Under the pieces are notes generated by a model. It was not told the DNA's origin. It was given only the letters and a program-made list of their open reading frames with translations, and ran no database searches. From a virus (taxonomy: Duplodnaviria > Caudoviricetes): a stretch of 64,000 bases of DNA. How positions within the stretch are numbered: the stretch's first letter is position 1; the number at the start of each line of letters is the position of its first letter. Below are positions 7,750 to 17,231 of this stretch, in pieces. Location: positions 6,736-70,735 of the IMG/VR virus record IMGVR_UViG_2585427684_000001; one strand, written 5' to 3'. The position numbers and the translations under genes are program-made.

Positions 7750-8607
7750 ATGACAAACATCGTCCCACTTGACAAGTCCAGGGGGTTCACCCGGATGGAC
7801 AACCAGCTCATGGATGGCCTCTTGGCTATCGATCTTCCGGCACGAGAAATGAAGATCGTGCTGTACGTGGCCAAGGCCACCATCAACTTCGGGGCAGGCG
7901 CCCAGCGCATCCCAGCCACCGACATCGCCAAAGCCATCCATGCACACCCTGACACCGTATCCAAGGCTGTTTCCAGCCTGCTGCGTCGTCGCGTGCTGTT
8001 TCGTGACGGTGGCGCTCGTGGCGATATCGGCGTCAACGACCCGAAAGACTGGGTCTACGTAACTGATCCGAAACAGACCAAAACAGCCGATTCGGCTCAA
8101 GTGGTCCGAATCGGCTCGGAGTCGAAACAGACCAAAACCGCCGAGTCCCTTCTTTATTCTAAGAAACAAACCCCCTATGTATTTCTTCCTTCGGAAGAAG
8201 ATACATGCCCCCCCAGCGAAATCGACGAGCCTCCAGCCAAGGCCGATCGCAAGACCCCATTCGGGAAGGCCGCCATGCTGGCCGACAACCCCCACGGCCT
8301 GGATGAATCGCTGATCGCTGATTACCTGGCTGTCCGCAAGGCGGCCAAGGCAACTGTTAGCGCTCGCATCTGGTCCCGCCTGAACGCCAAGCTCGAGCAG
8401 TGCAAGGCCTTCGGCATCCAGCCTGCCCAGGCCTTGGAGATCGCGGTGGAGAACGGCTGGCGCGGATTCGAGGTGGAATGGGTCACCAAGCGCGTTGGTG
8501 GCCAGCCGCCTGCCAAAGCCAATCCCAATAGCCGTCATCACGGCTTCAACGAGCGCGACTACACCGCTGGCCTGGCCCCGCGGGAGGACGGTACCTATGC
8601 GATCTGA
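7750..8607 (+). CDS. Phage replication initiator (lambda O-like)
   Basis: GFTRMDNQL..LPAREMKIVL N-terminus; internal iterons. Confidence 0.88.
   Translation: MTNIVPLDKSRGFTRMDNQLMDGLLAIDLPAREMKIVLYVAKATINFGAGAQRIPATDIAKAIHAHPDTVSKAVSSLLRRRVLFRDGGARGDIGVNDPKDWVYVTDPKQTKTADSAQVVRIGSESKQTKTAESLLYSKKQTPYVFLPSEEDTCPPSEIDEPPAKADRKTPFGKAAMLADNPHGLDESLIADYLAVRKAAKATVSARIWSRLNAKLEQCKAFGIQPAQALEIAVENGWRGFEVEWVTKRVGGQPPAKANPNSRHHGFNERDYTAGLAPREDGTYAI
8069..8206. repeat. Probable replication origin inside O
   Basis: 22-bp direct repeats 8069-8090 and 8123-8144 (21/22 identical), AT-rich tract, hairpin 8177-8206. Confidence 0.65.
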
Positions 8608-9409
8608 ATCGGTGATCACCATGTCTGAGGTGAAGAACGCTGCTGGCTTTCGTGTTCAGCCGGGCGAGTGCGAACAGCACGGGGCCTTCGAGCAGCGCGT
8701 GACCCTGTTGATGGGGCGCGAGATCGTCGGCCGTTGCCCAGACTGCGAGAAGATCGCCATCGCCGAACGCGAGGCCAAGCAGCTGGCCGAGGAAACACGC
8801 CTGAAGCGTGAGGCCATGACCCGCAAGCTCGGGTCTGCGCTCATCCCGAAGCGATTCGCCGACCGCACCTTGGCCAATTACCGGGTCGAGCACGAGGGCC
8901 AGCGCAAGGCCCTGGCCTATTGCACGCGGTACGTTGCGGCGTTCGACGAGATCCAGCGCACCGGGCGATGCCTGATGCTGTTGGGCCAGGTCGGTACCGG
9001 CAAGACCCATCTGGGCGCTGGCATGGCCAACGATTTGATGCGTAACACCTCGGCTACCGCCGTGTACCGCACGGTAGGCGCTGTCCTGCAGGCCATCAGA
9101 GCGACATACGACCGACACAGCGAGCAGTCCGAGGCCGACATCCTGTCCAGCCTGATCGAGCCGTCGCTGCTGGTGCTGGACGAAGTCGGCGTCAGCAAGG
9201 AGCAGCCGAGCGAATTCGAGCTGACAACCCTGTTTTCGATCATTAACGGGCGCTACGAGCAAATGCGCCCCACGGTCGTGATTTCCAACTTGGAAGCCAG
9301 CCAACTGCGCCACGCCATGGGCGAGCGGTGTTACGACCGCCTGCGCGAGGGCGGCGGTGTGGTGGTGCCGTTCCAGTGGGAGTCTCACCGTGGCAGAGAG
9401 GAGTTCTGA
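8597..9409 (+). CDS. DnaC/IstB-like helicase loader ATPase
   Basis: Walker A GQVGTGKT, Walker B LLVLDE, RCYDRL. Confidence 0.92.
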   Translation: MRSESVITMSEVKNAAGFRVQPGECEQHGAFEQRVTLLMGREIVGRCPDCEKIAIAEREAKQLAEETRLKREAMTRKLGSALIPKRFADRTLANYRVEHEGQRKALAYCTRYVAAFDEIQRTGRCLMLLGQVGTGKTHLGAGMANDLMRNTSATAVYRTVGAVLQAIRATYDRHSEQSEADILSSLIEPSLLVLDEVGVSKEQPSEFELTTLFSIINGRYEQMRPTVVISNLEASQLRHAMGERCYDRLREGGGVVVPFQWESHRGREEF

Positions 9410-9411
9410 CC

Positions 9412-9708
9412 ATGCGGCAAACCAAGCTGACCAGGGCTGCGCGCGGCCGGGAGTGTCAGGTGCGTATTCCGGAGGTGTGCAACGGCAACCCGGAAACCAC
9501 CGTTCTCGCGCACTACCGCTTGGCTGGCACCTGCGGCGTCGGCAAGAAGCCGCACGACCTACAGGGCGCCTGGTGTTGCAGCGCATGCCATGACGCTTGC
9601 GACGGGCGCAGCAAGGCCGTAGATCGCGAAACAGCCCGGCAGTATCACGCCGAGGGCGTCATGCGCACCCAGGCGCTGCTGCTCAACGAGGGGGTGCTCA
9701 TAGCATGA
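9412..9708 (+). CDS. DUF1364/YbcO-like Zn-binding putative nuclease
   Basis: ARGRECQVRIPEVCNGNPETTVLAH..CCSACHD. Confidence 0.85.
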   Translation: MRQTKLTRAARGRECQVRIPEVCNGNPETTVLAHYRLAGTCGVGKKPHDLQGAWCCSACHDACDGRSKAVDRETARQYHAEGVMRTQALLLNEGVLIA

Positions 9709-10133
9709 AGCCGGCAACCGTGTCTGGGTTCAGCCCCAAGAAGCCCCGGGCCAAGCGCGTAGATCGCGAGGGCAGCGAGCAGGCCACCCTGATGACCGAG
9801 ATCAAGCTGCGCTATCCAGAGGTATACGCGAGCCTTCATCACACCCCGAATGGTGGGCATCGCAGCTGGGCCGAAGCCAAACGGCTCAAGGCCCAAGGCA
9901 CCAAGCCTGGCATTCCCGATCTGCAGCTGACGCTGGCCCGCGGCGGATATTTCGGCCTGTTCATCGAGTTCAAAGCCACCGTTGAACCGGCGCCTGTCTC
10001 GCCTGAGCAGTACGCCTGCATCGAGCGGCTGACCCGCGAGGGTTACCTGGCGGTCGTTTGCTACGGCCATTTCGACGCCATGGAGTGCTTGAGAGCCTAC
10101 ATGGCCCTGCCCAAAACCGAGGTAGTGCAATGA
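9705..10133 (+). CDS. VRR-NUC domain nuclease
   Basis: HTPNGG..GIPDL..IEFKA..SPEQ PD-(D/E)XK pattern. Confidence 0.88.
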   Translation: MKPATVSGFSPKKPRAKRVDREGSEQATLMTEIKLRYPEVYASLHHTPNGGHRSWAEAKRLKAQGTKPGIPDLQLTLARGGYFGLFIEFKATVEPAPVSPEQYACIERLTREGYLAVVCYGHFDAMECLRAYMALPKTEVVQ

Positions 10134-11419
10134 CCAACACCGCTGCTGTGAAGATCAGCGATTCCGAGATCCGCCGCCAGGCCGCCGGGTCGGCAAGAGA
10201 CCTGCGCAGCCTGGCCAGCAAAGGCCTGTATTTCCGTTTTCACCGGTCCCGCGATCGAGGTTCCTGGTACCTGGTCATCAAGGGGAAATGGCACCGGATC
10301 GGCTCATACCCAGAGCTGAGCGCCGCCAAGGTGGCCGCTGCGCTGCCGGATATCCGCCTGCGTCTGGAAGCGGGCGAGGGCTCTAGCCTGTCGAGCTGGG
10401 TGCTGACCGGCGAGCTGCTGACCTGGTTTGCTGAGCGCATGGCCCGGGACCGCAATCTTTCGGGCAAGCGCAAGAGCACCGCTGCATCGGCCATCAAGCA
10501 GCATTTGGTGCCGCGCCTCGGGCAAGTGCCGCTGGCCCAGATCGACAAGGCGCTGCTCGACCGGGAGCTGATGTGGCCGCTGCAAGAGACCCTGTCCATC
10601 GACTACGTGCGGTTGGTCTTCCAACTGCTGGCCCTGGCCTTCCGGCAAGCCTTCAAGCTGCGCTACATCAGCTCCAACCCCATGGCTGGTATCCGCTTCG
10701 GGGACTTCTCGAAGGCCAAGGTCACGGTCAAGCCATCGCGCCTGCGTGGCGTGCACCTTGAGGATCTGATGAGCCGCATGAAGAGCGCTCTGGCCAACCG
10801 GCCACAGCATGGCGTGCTGGCTCTGATGATGCTGTGCCACGGCACCCGGCTGGGCGAAACCCGCCTGGCGCGTTGGAGCCACATCAGCCTGGCCGAGCGT
10901 GAGTGGTACATCCCGGCCGAGCACACCAAGACCGGCGTGCAGCACCGTTTGCCCCTGACCGACCAAGTGCGGTTCCTGCTTATGGCCTATCGCGAGATCC
11001 AGCGCAATCAGGGCTATGACGGCGAGTTCGTTTTCCCAGGGCGCCAGGGCAAACCCATGAGCGAAGCCAAGGCATCGGCAGTCTTCACGGTCATGGGGCA
11101 GGGTGAGTGGACAAGCCACGACCTGCGCAAGCTGGCCCGCACAGGCTGGGCTGACCTCGGCGTTGACCACCTGGTGGGTGAGCTACTGATAAACCACGCC
11201 ATGGGCCACAACGTGAAGGTGTACATCCAGTCCGACATCATGGCCCGCAAGCGTGAGGCTCTGGAGAAGTGGCATGCACACCTTGATCAGAAGGGTTTCG
11301 AGTCGGTTCACGGCTTGACCGGCGATAGATCGACGGATTCAGGGATTCTCTCGCGGGCCGCTGAGCGTGCGGGCTTCGGGGCGCTTCCGGTATCCACCAT
11401 AAGCGAGGATTCGAAATGA
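10130..11419 (+). CDS. Tyrosine recombinase (integrase-like) inside the nin region
   Basis: R (GTRLGE), K (HTKTG), HxxR (SHDLRK), H (INH), Y (VYI); N-terminal arm-binding-like domain. Confidence 0.88.
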   Translation: MTNTAAVKISDSEIRRQAAGSARDLRSLASKGLYFRFHRSRDRGSWYLVIKGKWHRIGSYPELSAAKVAAALPDIRLRLEAGEGSSLSSWVLTGELLTWFAERMARDRNLSGKRKSTAASAIKQHLVPRLGQVPLAQIDKALLDRELMWPLQETLSIDYVRLVFQLLALAFRQAFKLRYISSNPMAGIRFGDFSKAKVTVKPSRLRGVHLEDLMSRMKSALANRPQHGVLALMMLCHGTRLGETRLARWSHISLAEREWYIPAEHTKTGVQHRLPLTDQVRFLLMAYREIQRNQGYDGEFVFPGRQGKPMSEAKASAVFTVMGQGEWTSHDLRKLARTGWADLGVDHLVGELLINHAMGHNVKVYIQSDIMARKREALEKWHAHLDQKGFESVHGLTGDRSTDSGILSRAAERAGFGALPVSTISEDSK

Positions 11420-11697
11420 CCATTTTTGAGATTGAGACCCTGCGAGAGCAGTTCATCGACGCTTACCGCAGCCTGCTTATTGCCGAAGGAATGAACATTC
11501 AAGATCGGCATTTCGAATGGCTTGAGGGCGGTTTTTCCCATCGTGAAACGGCTGTCGCTTGGTGGGCTTGGCAAGAGTCCAGAAAGGTACTGGTCATCAC
11601 CTTGCCGAAGGCCTTCAGCACTATGGCCGGGCCTGTGATGTGGGCGGACTGCGTTCGTGAGGCTGTCGATGCCCAAGGCCTCAAGGTGACTGAATGA
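11416..11697 (+). CDS. Phage hypothetical protein
   Basis: ATGA-coupled on both sides; AWWAWQESR. Confidence 0.65.
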   Translation: MTIFEIETLREQFIDAYRSLLIAEGMNIQDRHFEWLEGGFSHRETAVAWWAWQESRKVLVITLPKAFSTMAGPVMWADCVREAVDAQGLKVTE

Positions 11698-12011
11698 GGA
11701 AGAGCCACGGCCCAGCCTTCAAGAAGGCCGTGATCGAGCTGGACAAGTGCCCTTTGTGCCGTGGGAGAGCGGTCACAAAGAGCATGTTCTACGAGATGCC
11801 CTGCGGCCACTGCAACGGCTCCGGCTTTGTGGAAGCTGAAACAGGCGAGGCATTGCCACTGGATGAACTGGTTACCCAGCTCAGCCTGGCCCTGCAGGCC
11901 GCGCACCGGCAGATCGAGCAGTTGAAGAACCCTCAGGCATCCGGGCCTGAGGCTACATATCAGGGAAGCAACCAGCGCGGTGCTGGGCGCGCCAACTACA
12001 CCGGTGATTGA
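11694..12011 (+). CDS. Zn-finger hypothetical protein
   Basis: CPLCRG and CGHCNGSG motifs. Confidence 0.72.
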   Translation: MRKSHGPAFKKAVIELDKCPLCRGRAVTKSMFYEMPCGHCNGSGFVEAETGEALPLDELVTQLSLALQAAHRQIEQLKNPQASGPEATYQGSNQRGAGRANYTGD

Positions 12012-12022
12012 GGGGGAAGGAC

Positions 12023-12709
12023 ATGATGTACAGCAGTGTATCGGGTGCAGTAGTTGCCGCTCTGGCGGCGGGCGAGAAGGGATCGGCGAAGGCCCAGGCC
12101 TGGCAGAAGCTTTACAAATCGGCAGAGGAGGAGGGTGGGTGCCTCGCCTCGCTCGGAGGAGGCTCTGGTGGTATTGATCAATCCCAGGTCGATTACTGGT
12201 TGTGCGCACGGCTACATCACATGCTGAAGCCGCAGCACTGGGATGCGCTTGTGGCCAAATACAGCACGAGCAAAGTGAAGAAGGTTCAGGCCATAACGCT
12301 GGTCAGGCCGCGCATAGCGAGCCCCGCCTCCCAGTTATTCATCTACAAGGCGGTCACGGCCTGGGCGATTCCGAAGCTAAAAGGCGCTCGTCGCAAGCCC
12401 CCGCGCTCCGTGTCGGTTGAGATTCCTTTGGATGCCTCGGCATGGCGTCGTGACGCGACCGTCAATGCTGCCGTTGCAGCAGGCCAGGCAGAGAAGAAGC
12501 GCATCGAGGCGCTGCATGAGGGCGTGATCATCCTGCCGGACAGCTTCTACGACATGAACACGTGGGACCTGGACGCCACGCCGGAGTCGACACGCCGCCG
12601 CTGGAGGGCTGAAATCAACGAGAAGCTCGACGGCCTAGTGGATGATGCCTTGGCTGATGTGAAGGTGATTCTGGAGACTGAAGGGTTGCTGATGAAAGAG
12701 GCTGCGTGA
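12023..12709 (+). CDS. Probable late antiterminator Q
   Basis: Last early gene before a promoter/terminator and the holins; C-terminal STRRRW HTH-like segment. Confidence 0.65.
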   Translation: MMYSSVSGAVVAALAAGEKGSAKAQAWQKLYKSAEEEGGCLASLGGGSGGIDQSQVDYWLCARLHHMLKPQHWDALVAKYSTSKVKKVQAITLVRPRIASPASQLFIYKAVTAWAIPKLKGARRKPPRSVSVEIPLDASAWRRDATVNAAVAAGQAEKKRIEALHEGVIILPDSFYDMNTWDLDATPESTRRRWRAEINEKLDGLVDDALADVKVILETEGLLMKEAA

Positions 12710-12716
12710 TTGCCTG

Positions 12717-12745
12717 TTGACATCAATGAGCGACTGAGCGAAATT
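12717..12745 (+). promoter_or_regulatory. Candidate late promoter PR'
   Basis: TTGACA immediately after Q; -10 (GAAATT) is weak. Confidence 0.5.
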
Positions 12746-12789
12746 ATCCCCATCCTGTCATTCCTGCGCGTGGTGAGGAGTGGCCATTT

Positions 12790-12822
12790 AAAGCCCAGCC
12801 CAAAGTTGGGCTTTTTCTTTTT
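12790..12822 (+). terminator. tR'-like terminator
   Basis: AAAGCCCAGC-ccaaa-GTTGGGCTTT plus T run. Confidence 0.8.
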
Positions 12823-12831
12823 GGAGCTGGC

Positions 12832-13143
12832 ATGAAAAGGGACTTGACTGTAATTCGTCTCATCCTTCGGAAGGTCGAAGAAAACGCGGACTACGACTGC
12901 TCAATTGCCATTAATCAGTTGATTGAGGAGTACGTTTCTCAACAGGGAAAGGACGTTCGAGACGGCGCGCTCATGTATGCCTCCTTCAGGATGCTCAAGG
13001 CTGAGAAGTTCATACTCTTCGGCGAAACAAACCAGCAGACCCCCACCGGGTCTACCACTTGGGAAACGATCAAGGGGATCACCTGGCGCGGGTACAACCT
13101 TATTGATGCAATCGATAACGGCAGGCCTCTAGAATTCGTTTAA
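12832..13143 (+). CDS. DUF2513-like moron protein
   Basis: MKRDLTVIRLIL..ITWRGYNLID; lower GC; flanked by terminators. Confidence 0.75.
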   Translation: MKRDLTVIRLILRKVEENADYDCSIAINQLIEEYVSQQGKDVRDGALMYASFRMLKAEKFILFGETNQQTPTGSTTWETIKGITWRGYNLIDAIDNGRPLEFV

Positions 13144-13157
13144 TTTAGATCGTCACC

Positions 13158-13219
13158 AAAGCCCAGCAATCGAGCTGGGCTTTTCGTGTCTGAGCCCTGG
13201 CAAATGCCGGGGCTTTTTT
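13158..13219 (+). terminator. Tandem terminators before the holin
   Basis: AAAGCCCAGC-aatcga-GCTGGGCTTTT and GAGCCCTGGC-aaat-GCCGGGGCTTTTT. Confidence 0.75.
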
Positions 13220-13233
13220 ATGGAGCAGTGCTT

Positions 13234-13608
13234 ATGGCCGAGCCAAGTACCGGCGCCCTAGCAGTGACCGGCGTACTTGCCAGCGTCGGCCTGGGTGCTG
13301 CATTCCCCCAGCTGGATCTGGCCGCGCTGGTCGGCGCGTTCGGTGGGGCTTTCTTCTACGTAGTTTTCGCAAAGGACATCAGCACCTGGCGCCGTGTCGG
13401 CTATCTACTGGCTGGCTGGATCGGTGGCTACTTCGGTGCAGCGGAACTGATGGGCCGGGCGTGGACCCAGACCGCTGGCTTCAGCGCATTCGTATGCGGC
13501 GTGCTCTGCGTCGTCACATTCTCTGGCTTGCTGGAGTGGATGCAGACCGGTCGCATGCCTACCTGGCTGCAATGGGTCTTCCGGCTGCGCGCCAGGAAGG
13601 AGGGTTGA
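13234..13608 (+). CDS. Putative holin
   Basis: Multiple TM segments, basic C-terminus, first late gene. Confidence 0.72.
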   Translation: MAEPSTGALAVTGVLASVGLGAAFPQLDLAALVGAFGGAFFYVVFAKDISTWRRVGYLLAGWIGGYFGAAELMGRAWTQTAGFSAFVCGVLCVVTFSGLLEWMQTGRMPTWLQWVFRLRARKEG

Positions 13609-13890
13609 ATGGTTGCCGTTATCCAGGCCGCACTCTGCGCCGTCATCTTCGTGATGATTGGGCTGCGCTACCGGCCATATCCCGATGCTCGCTACAAGCT
13701 GAGTGTGTCGCTCATGGCGTGGGCTGCCTGCGCCGTGACCGGCATGCAGTGTGTGAGTCTCATCGGCCGCATGGTGTTGCACGATGACTTTGCTGATGCT
13801 TCCTGGTTCAACACTGCGTTCTATCTGCTGGCCGCCATCCTGGTGTGCCGGGCAAAAGGGAATGTTGCCAAGATCGTGAGGGTGGATTGA
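13609..13890 (+). CDS. Second holin-family membrane protein
   Basis: Three TM segments, 93 aa, abuts the holin. Confidence 0.7.
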   Translation: MVAVIQAALCAVIFVMIGLRYRPYPDARYKLSVSLMAWAACAVTGMQCVSLIGRMVLHDDFADASWFNTAFYLLAAILVCRAKGNVAKIVRVD

Positions 13891-14135
13891 TGAAGCTGAT
13901 ACTGAAGCGTTTGGCGCCTGAGATTGACGTTACCTGTCTTGGCGATAGCTCCTCTCGATTTGCTCTTGGTAAGCCCGACGGATCCTCTCCATTCGCTCTG
14001 CACACAGAGAGCGGTGACCTGCTGCCATGCCAGGTCAGCACGACCATGCGGAGTGAGCCAGGTGAGCCAGTACGCCTCACTGTCGTGTTCACTGTGGATG
14101 GCGACAAGTTGCTGGTTCAAGGCGATGGCCTGTAG
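13890..14135 (+). CDS. Phage hypothetical protein
   Basis: TGATG coupling; probable start MKLILKR. Confidence 0.5.
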   Translation: MKLILKRLAPEIDVTCLGDSSSRFALGKPDGSSPFALHTESGDLLPCQVSTTMRSEPGEPVRLTVVFTVDGDKLLVQGDGL

Positions 14136-14185
14136 TGGATGCGCCGCTCGGCGCGAGTGGATCAACAAGTGGACAAAGGTGGCGT

Positions 14186-14365
14186 ATGAGCGAGCCCGTT
14201 ATCTCGTTACTGGAGCAGATACTGGAAGAGCAGAAGAAGCAGACAAGCCTGCTCGAGCAGATCGCAACCCAGAACCTGGCACTGATCGAAGCTCTGGCGG
14301 ATGAAGGCGGTGTCGATCCTGATGCCCCACCGCAGACCTACCTGAGTGGCGCGCCATGCCGTTGA
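14186..14365 (+). CDS. Small phage hypothetical protein
   Basis: SLLEQILEEQKKQTSLLEQIATQNLALIEALAD..TYLSG.. Confidence 0.6.
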   Translation: MSEPVISLLEQILEEQKKQTSLLEQIATQNLALIEALADEGGVDPDAPPQTYLSGAPCR

Positions 14366-14724
14366 GACCTCAGCGGCCATGTCGGGCCCAGGGCTGTCGT
14401 GCTCTGCACCGCAATGCCAATGGCTACTGCGATGGCCATGCCAACCTGGCTGCCGAGCAGGCCAAGGCCTGGGCGACCCGTAAGGGGTCGGGCCGTGGTG
14501 GTCGCCCCTGGCGCCGCAAGCGTGAGCGAATCCTGAAGCGAGACCAGTACCTCTGTCGGTGTGACGACTGCACGCAGCTTGGTCGCATTCGCGAAGCCCA
14601 TGAGGTTGACCACATCGTGGCCCTTGCCCACGGCGGCACGGACGATGACGACAACCTTCGGGCGATCAACCGCGACTGCCACAAGGCGAAGACGCAGCGG
14701 GAGTCGAAAACGATCAAAAAATGA
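14356..14724 (+). CDS. HNH endonuclease (packaging-associated)
   Basis: EVDHIVALAHGGTDDDDNLRAINRDCHKAKT; directly upstream of terS. Confidence 0.93.
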   Translation: MPLRPQRPCRAQGCRALHRNANGYCDGHANLAAEQAKAWATRKGSGRGGRPWRRKRERILKRDQYLCRCDDCTQLGRIREAHEVDHIVALAHGGTDDDDNLRAINRDCHKAKTQRESKTIKK

Positions 14725-14805
14725 TCGAATACGGCGCAAGTGAGAATAAATCCCGTTTGCGGGGAGGGGGAGGGTCAAAAGTTCAGGCCCTTTCGCTCGG
14801 ACACC

Positions 14806-14814
14806 GCGCCCTCA
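14806..14814 (+). other. Candidate cos site
   Basis: GCGCCCTCA in the HNH-terS gap; position expected for HK97-like cos. Confidence 0.35.
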
Positions 14815-14860
14815 ATCGTTTTTTTACACCCGCGAAATATAAAGTTTAGTGGAGGCGCCG

Positions 14861-15340
14861 ATGCCAGGGGTTGCCGGGCGCTCCGGCCGTCGCCCAAAAC
14901 CCACGGCCCAGAAGGCTTTAGCCGGGAATCCAGGCAAGCGAAAGCTCAACAAGGAAGAGCCTGATTTCGCTCTGGTGACCAATGTCGACCCGCCCGACTG
15001 GCTGTGCGAGCACGCTACTCAGGTCTGGGAAATGCTGGTGCCCGAGCTGCTTCGAGCCAAGGTGTTGGCCCTGACTGACATGCACAATGTCGAGGCCTTT
15101 TGCACGGCCTATGGCAACTGGCGCATGGCCCAGGAATCAGTGCGCGAGCACGGGATTGTCGTCGCGGGCGCCACGGGCGGGCCTGTGAAAAATCCGGCCC
15201 TAACCGCAGCCAATGAGGCAATGCGCCAGATGGTCACCTTCGGTTCGATGCTCGGCCTCGACCCGGCCAGCCGTACGAGGATCATCGGCGGTAACAAGCA
15301 AAAAACCACCAATGAGTTCGCAGCCTTACTGAGTAGCTGA
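14861..15340 (+). CDS. Terminase small subunit (P27 family)
   Basis: [26 protein letters not shown]. Confidence 0.92.
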   Translation: MPGVAGRSGRRPKPTAQKALAGNPGKRKLNKEEPDFALVTNVDPPDWLCEHATQVWEMLVPELLRAKVLALTDMHNVEAFCTAYGNWRMAQESVREHGIVVAGATGGPVKNPALTAANEAMRQMVTFGSMLGLDPASRTRIIGGNKQKTTNEFAALLSS

Positions 15341-17067
15341 TGGCCAGAGCCAAATACACCAACGTCGACAAGGCGATGGCGTGGGCAAGGTCCGTCCTCA
15401 AGGGCAAATTCCCGGCGTGCCGTTTCATCCGTCAGGCGATTGAGCGCCACTTCGACGACGTAGCAGCGAGCCGCTCGAAGGACTATCCGTACAAGTTCGA
15501 CCCGGCCAAGGCCGAGAAGAAGCTGCGCCTGATGCAGCTGTTGCCGCACACGAAGGGCGAATGGGCCTTCAAGCGGCAACTAATAACACTCGAGCCCTGG
15601 CAGCTGTTCGGCCTGGCCTGCACCTTCGGCTGGGTACGGAAGAAAGGTGGGTACCGTCGGTTCCGCGAGAGCTATTGGGAGGTGCCGCGCAAGAACGGTA
15701 AGTCGGTGATCGCCGCAGGCGTCGGCATAAGTATGTTCACCGCCGACAACGAGTTCGGCGCCGAGGTCTACTCCGGTGCTACCACCGAGAAGCAGGCGTG
15801 GGAAGTATTCCGGCCAGCAAGGTTGATGGTCAGCCGGTCGCCCATGCTGATCGAGGCCGCTGGCATTGAGGTCAATGCCTCGAACCTGAATATCCCGTCC
15901 AACGGCAGCCGGTTCGAGCCGCTGATCGGCAACCCTGGTGACGGTGCATCGCCGTCCTGCGCGATCATCGACGAATTCCACGAGCACGACAGTGCGGCCC
16001 AGTACGACACCATGCTTACCGGCATGGGCGCCCGCCGCCAGCCGCTGATGTTCATCATCACTACTGCTGGCGCGAACATCGAGGGGCCGTGCTACGACAA
16101 GCGGCGCCAAGTCATCGAGATGCTCAACGGCACGGTGCCGGACGACGAGCTGTTCGGCTACATCTGGACGTTGGACGAAGGCGACGACTGGACGGACCCG
16201 AAGAACCTGGCCAAGGCCAACCCGTGCATGGGCGTGTCGGTGTTTCAGGAGTATCTGGAAAGCCAGCTGGCGCGTGCGCTGCGCTCCGCCCGGTTCACCA
16301 ACACCTTCAAGACCAAGCACCTCAACCTCTGGGTGAGCGCCAAGACCGGCTTCTTCAACATGGAGAGCTGGAAAGCCTGCGAGGACAAGACGCTCACGCT
16401 CGAGCAGTTCGAGGGTCAGGAGTGGATCGCGGGCTTCGACTTGGCGCGCAAGCTGGACATGAACTCGCGGGCGCGGCTGTTCTGGCGCGAGATCGACGGC
16501 AAGGTCCACTACTACAGTGTGGCGCCGGCGTTCTGGGTGCCCGAGGACACGGCCAACGACGTAGATAGCAAGCGGATGACCGAGCGCTTCCAGGCCTGGA
16601 TCAACACCGGGCACCTCACGGCCACGCCCGGCGCCGAGGTGGATTACCGCGAGATCCTCGAGGACACCAAGGAAGCCAACAAACTGGCGCCGATCCGGGA
16701 GAGCCCAATCGACCCGCACGGCGCAACTGGCCTCAGCCACGAGCTCGACGACGAGGGCTTCTGCCCGGTCACTATCACGCAGAACTACACCAACATGTCG
16801 GACGGCATGAAGGAATTGGAGGCGGCGATCCAGGCGGGGCGGTTCCACCACGACGGCAACCCGATCATGACCTGGTGTATCGGCAACGTGATCGGCAAGT
16901 ACTTGCCCGGAAACGACGACGTGGTGCGGCCAATCAAGCAGGGCGACGACAACAAAATCGACGGCGCCGTGGCGCTGATCATGGCCATCGGCCGAGTCAT
17001 GGCGCAGGCCCAGCTGGGCAATAGCGTCGATAACTTCATGAACGCCATTCGGAACCCAATCTACTGA
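15340..17067 (+). CDS. Terminase large subunit
   Basis: VPRKNGKS Walker A, IIDEFH, KIDGAVA. Confidence 0.97.
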   Translation: MARAKYTNVDKAMAWARSVLKGKFPACRFIRQAIERHFDDVAASRSKDYPYKFDPAKAEKKLRLMQLLPHTKGEWAFKRQLITLEPWQLFGLACTFGWVRKKGGYRRFRESYWEVPRKNGKSVIAAGVGISMFTADNEFGAEVYSGATTEKQAWEVFRPARLMVSRSPMLIEAAGIEVNASNLNIPSNGSRFEPLIGNPGDGASPSCAIIDEFHEHDSAAQYDTMLTGMGARRQPLMFIITTAGANIEGPCYDKRRQVIEMLNGTVPDDELFGYIWTLDEGDDWTDPKNLAKANPCMGVSVFQEYLESQLARALRSARFTNTFKTKHLNLWVSAKTGFFNMESWKACEDKTLTLEQFEGQEWIAGFDLARKLDMNSRARLFWREIDGKVHYYSVAPAFWVPEDTANDVDSKRMTERFQAWINTGHLTATPGAEVDYREILEDTKEANKLAPIRESPIDPHGATGLSHELDDEGFCPVTITQNYTNMSDGMKELEAAIQAGRFHHDGNPIMTWCIGNVIGKYLPGNDDVVRPIKQGDDNKIDGAVALIMAIGRVMAQAQLGNSVDNFMNAIRNPIY

Positions 17068-17231
17068 TGAACGCCGCGACGATCCTCTATCTGGTCACCG
17101 CGCTGCTGGGCTTCGCCCTGGTGGTGGCGGGTGTATTTATCCTGGCCGGTACCGGCTGGGCTCTCATCACCGCCGCGTGCAGCCTGTTCTGCATTGCGGC
17201 CTTCGTTCGGCGGGGGCTGATCAGTGGCTAA
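17067..17231 (+). CDS. Small two-TM protein between terL and portal
   Basis: 54 hydrophobic aa, overlapping both neighbours. Confidence 0.6.
   Translation: MNAATILYLVTALLGFALVVAGVFILAGTGWALITAACSLFCIAAFVRRGLISG

Noticed and set aside
7735-9586. Long minus-strand ORFs (295 and 346 aa) opposite O and DnaC
   Set aside because: Antisense shadows of GC-rich genes with no motifs; likewise 15580-16851, 17569-18822, 19170-20183 and 29164-30747
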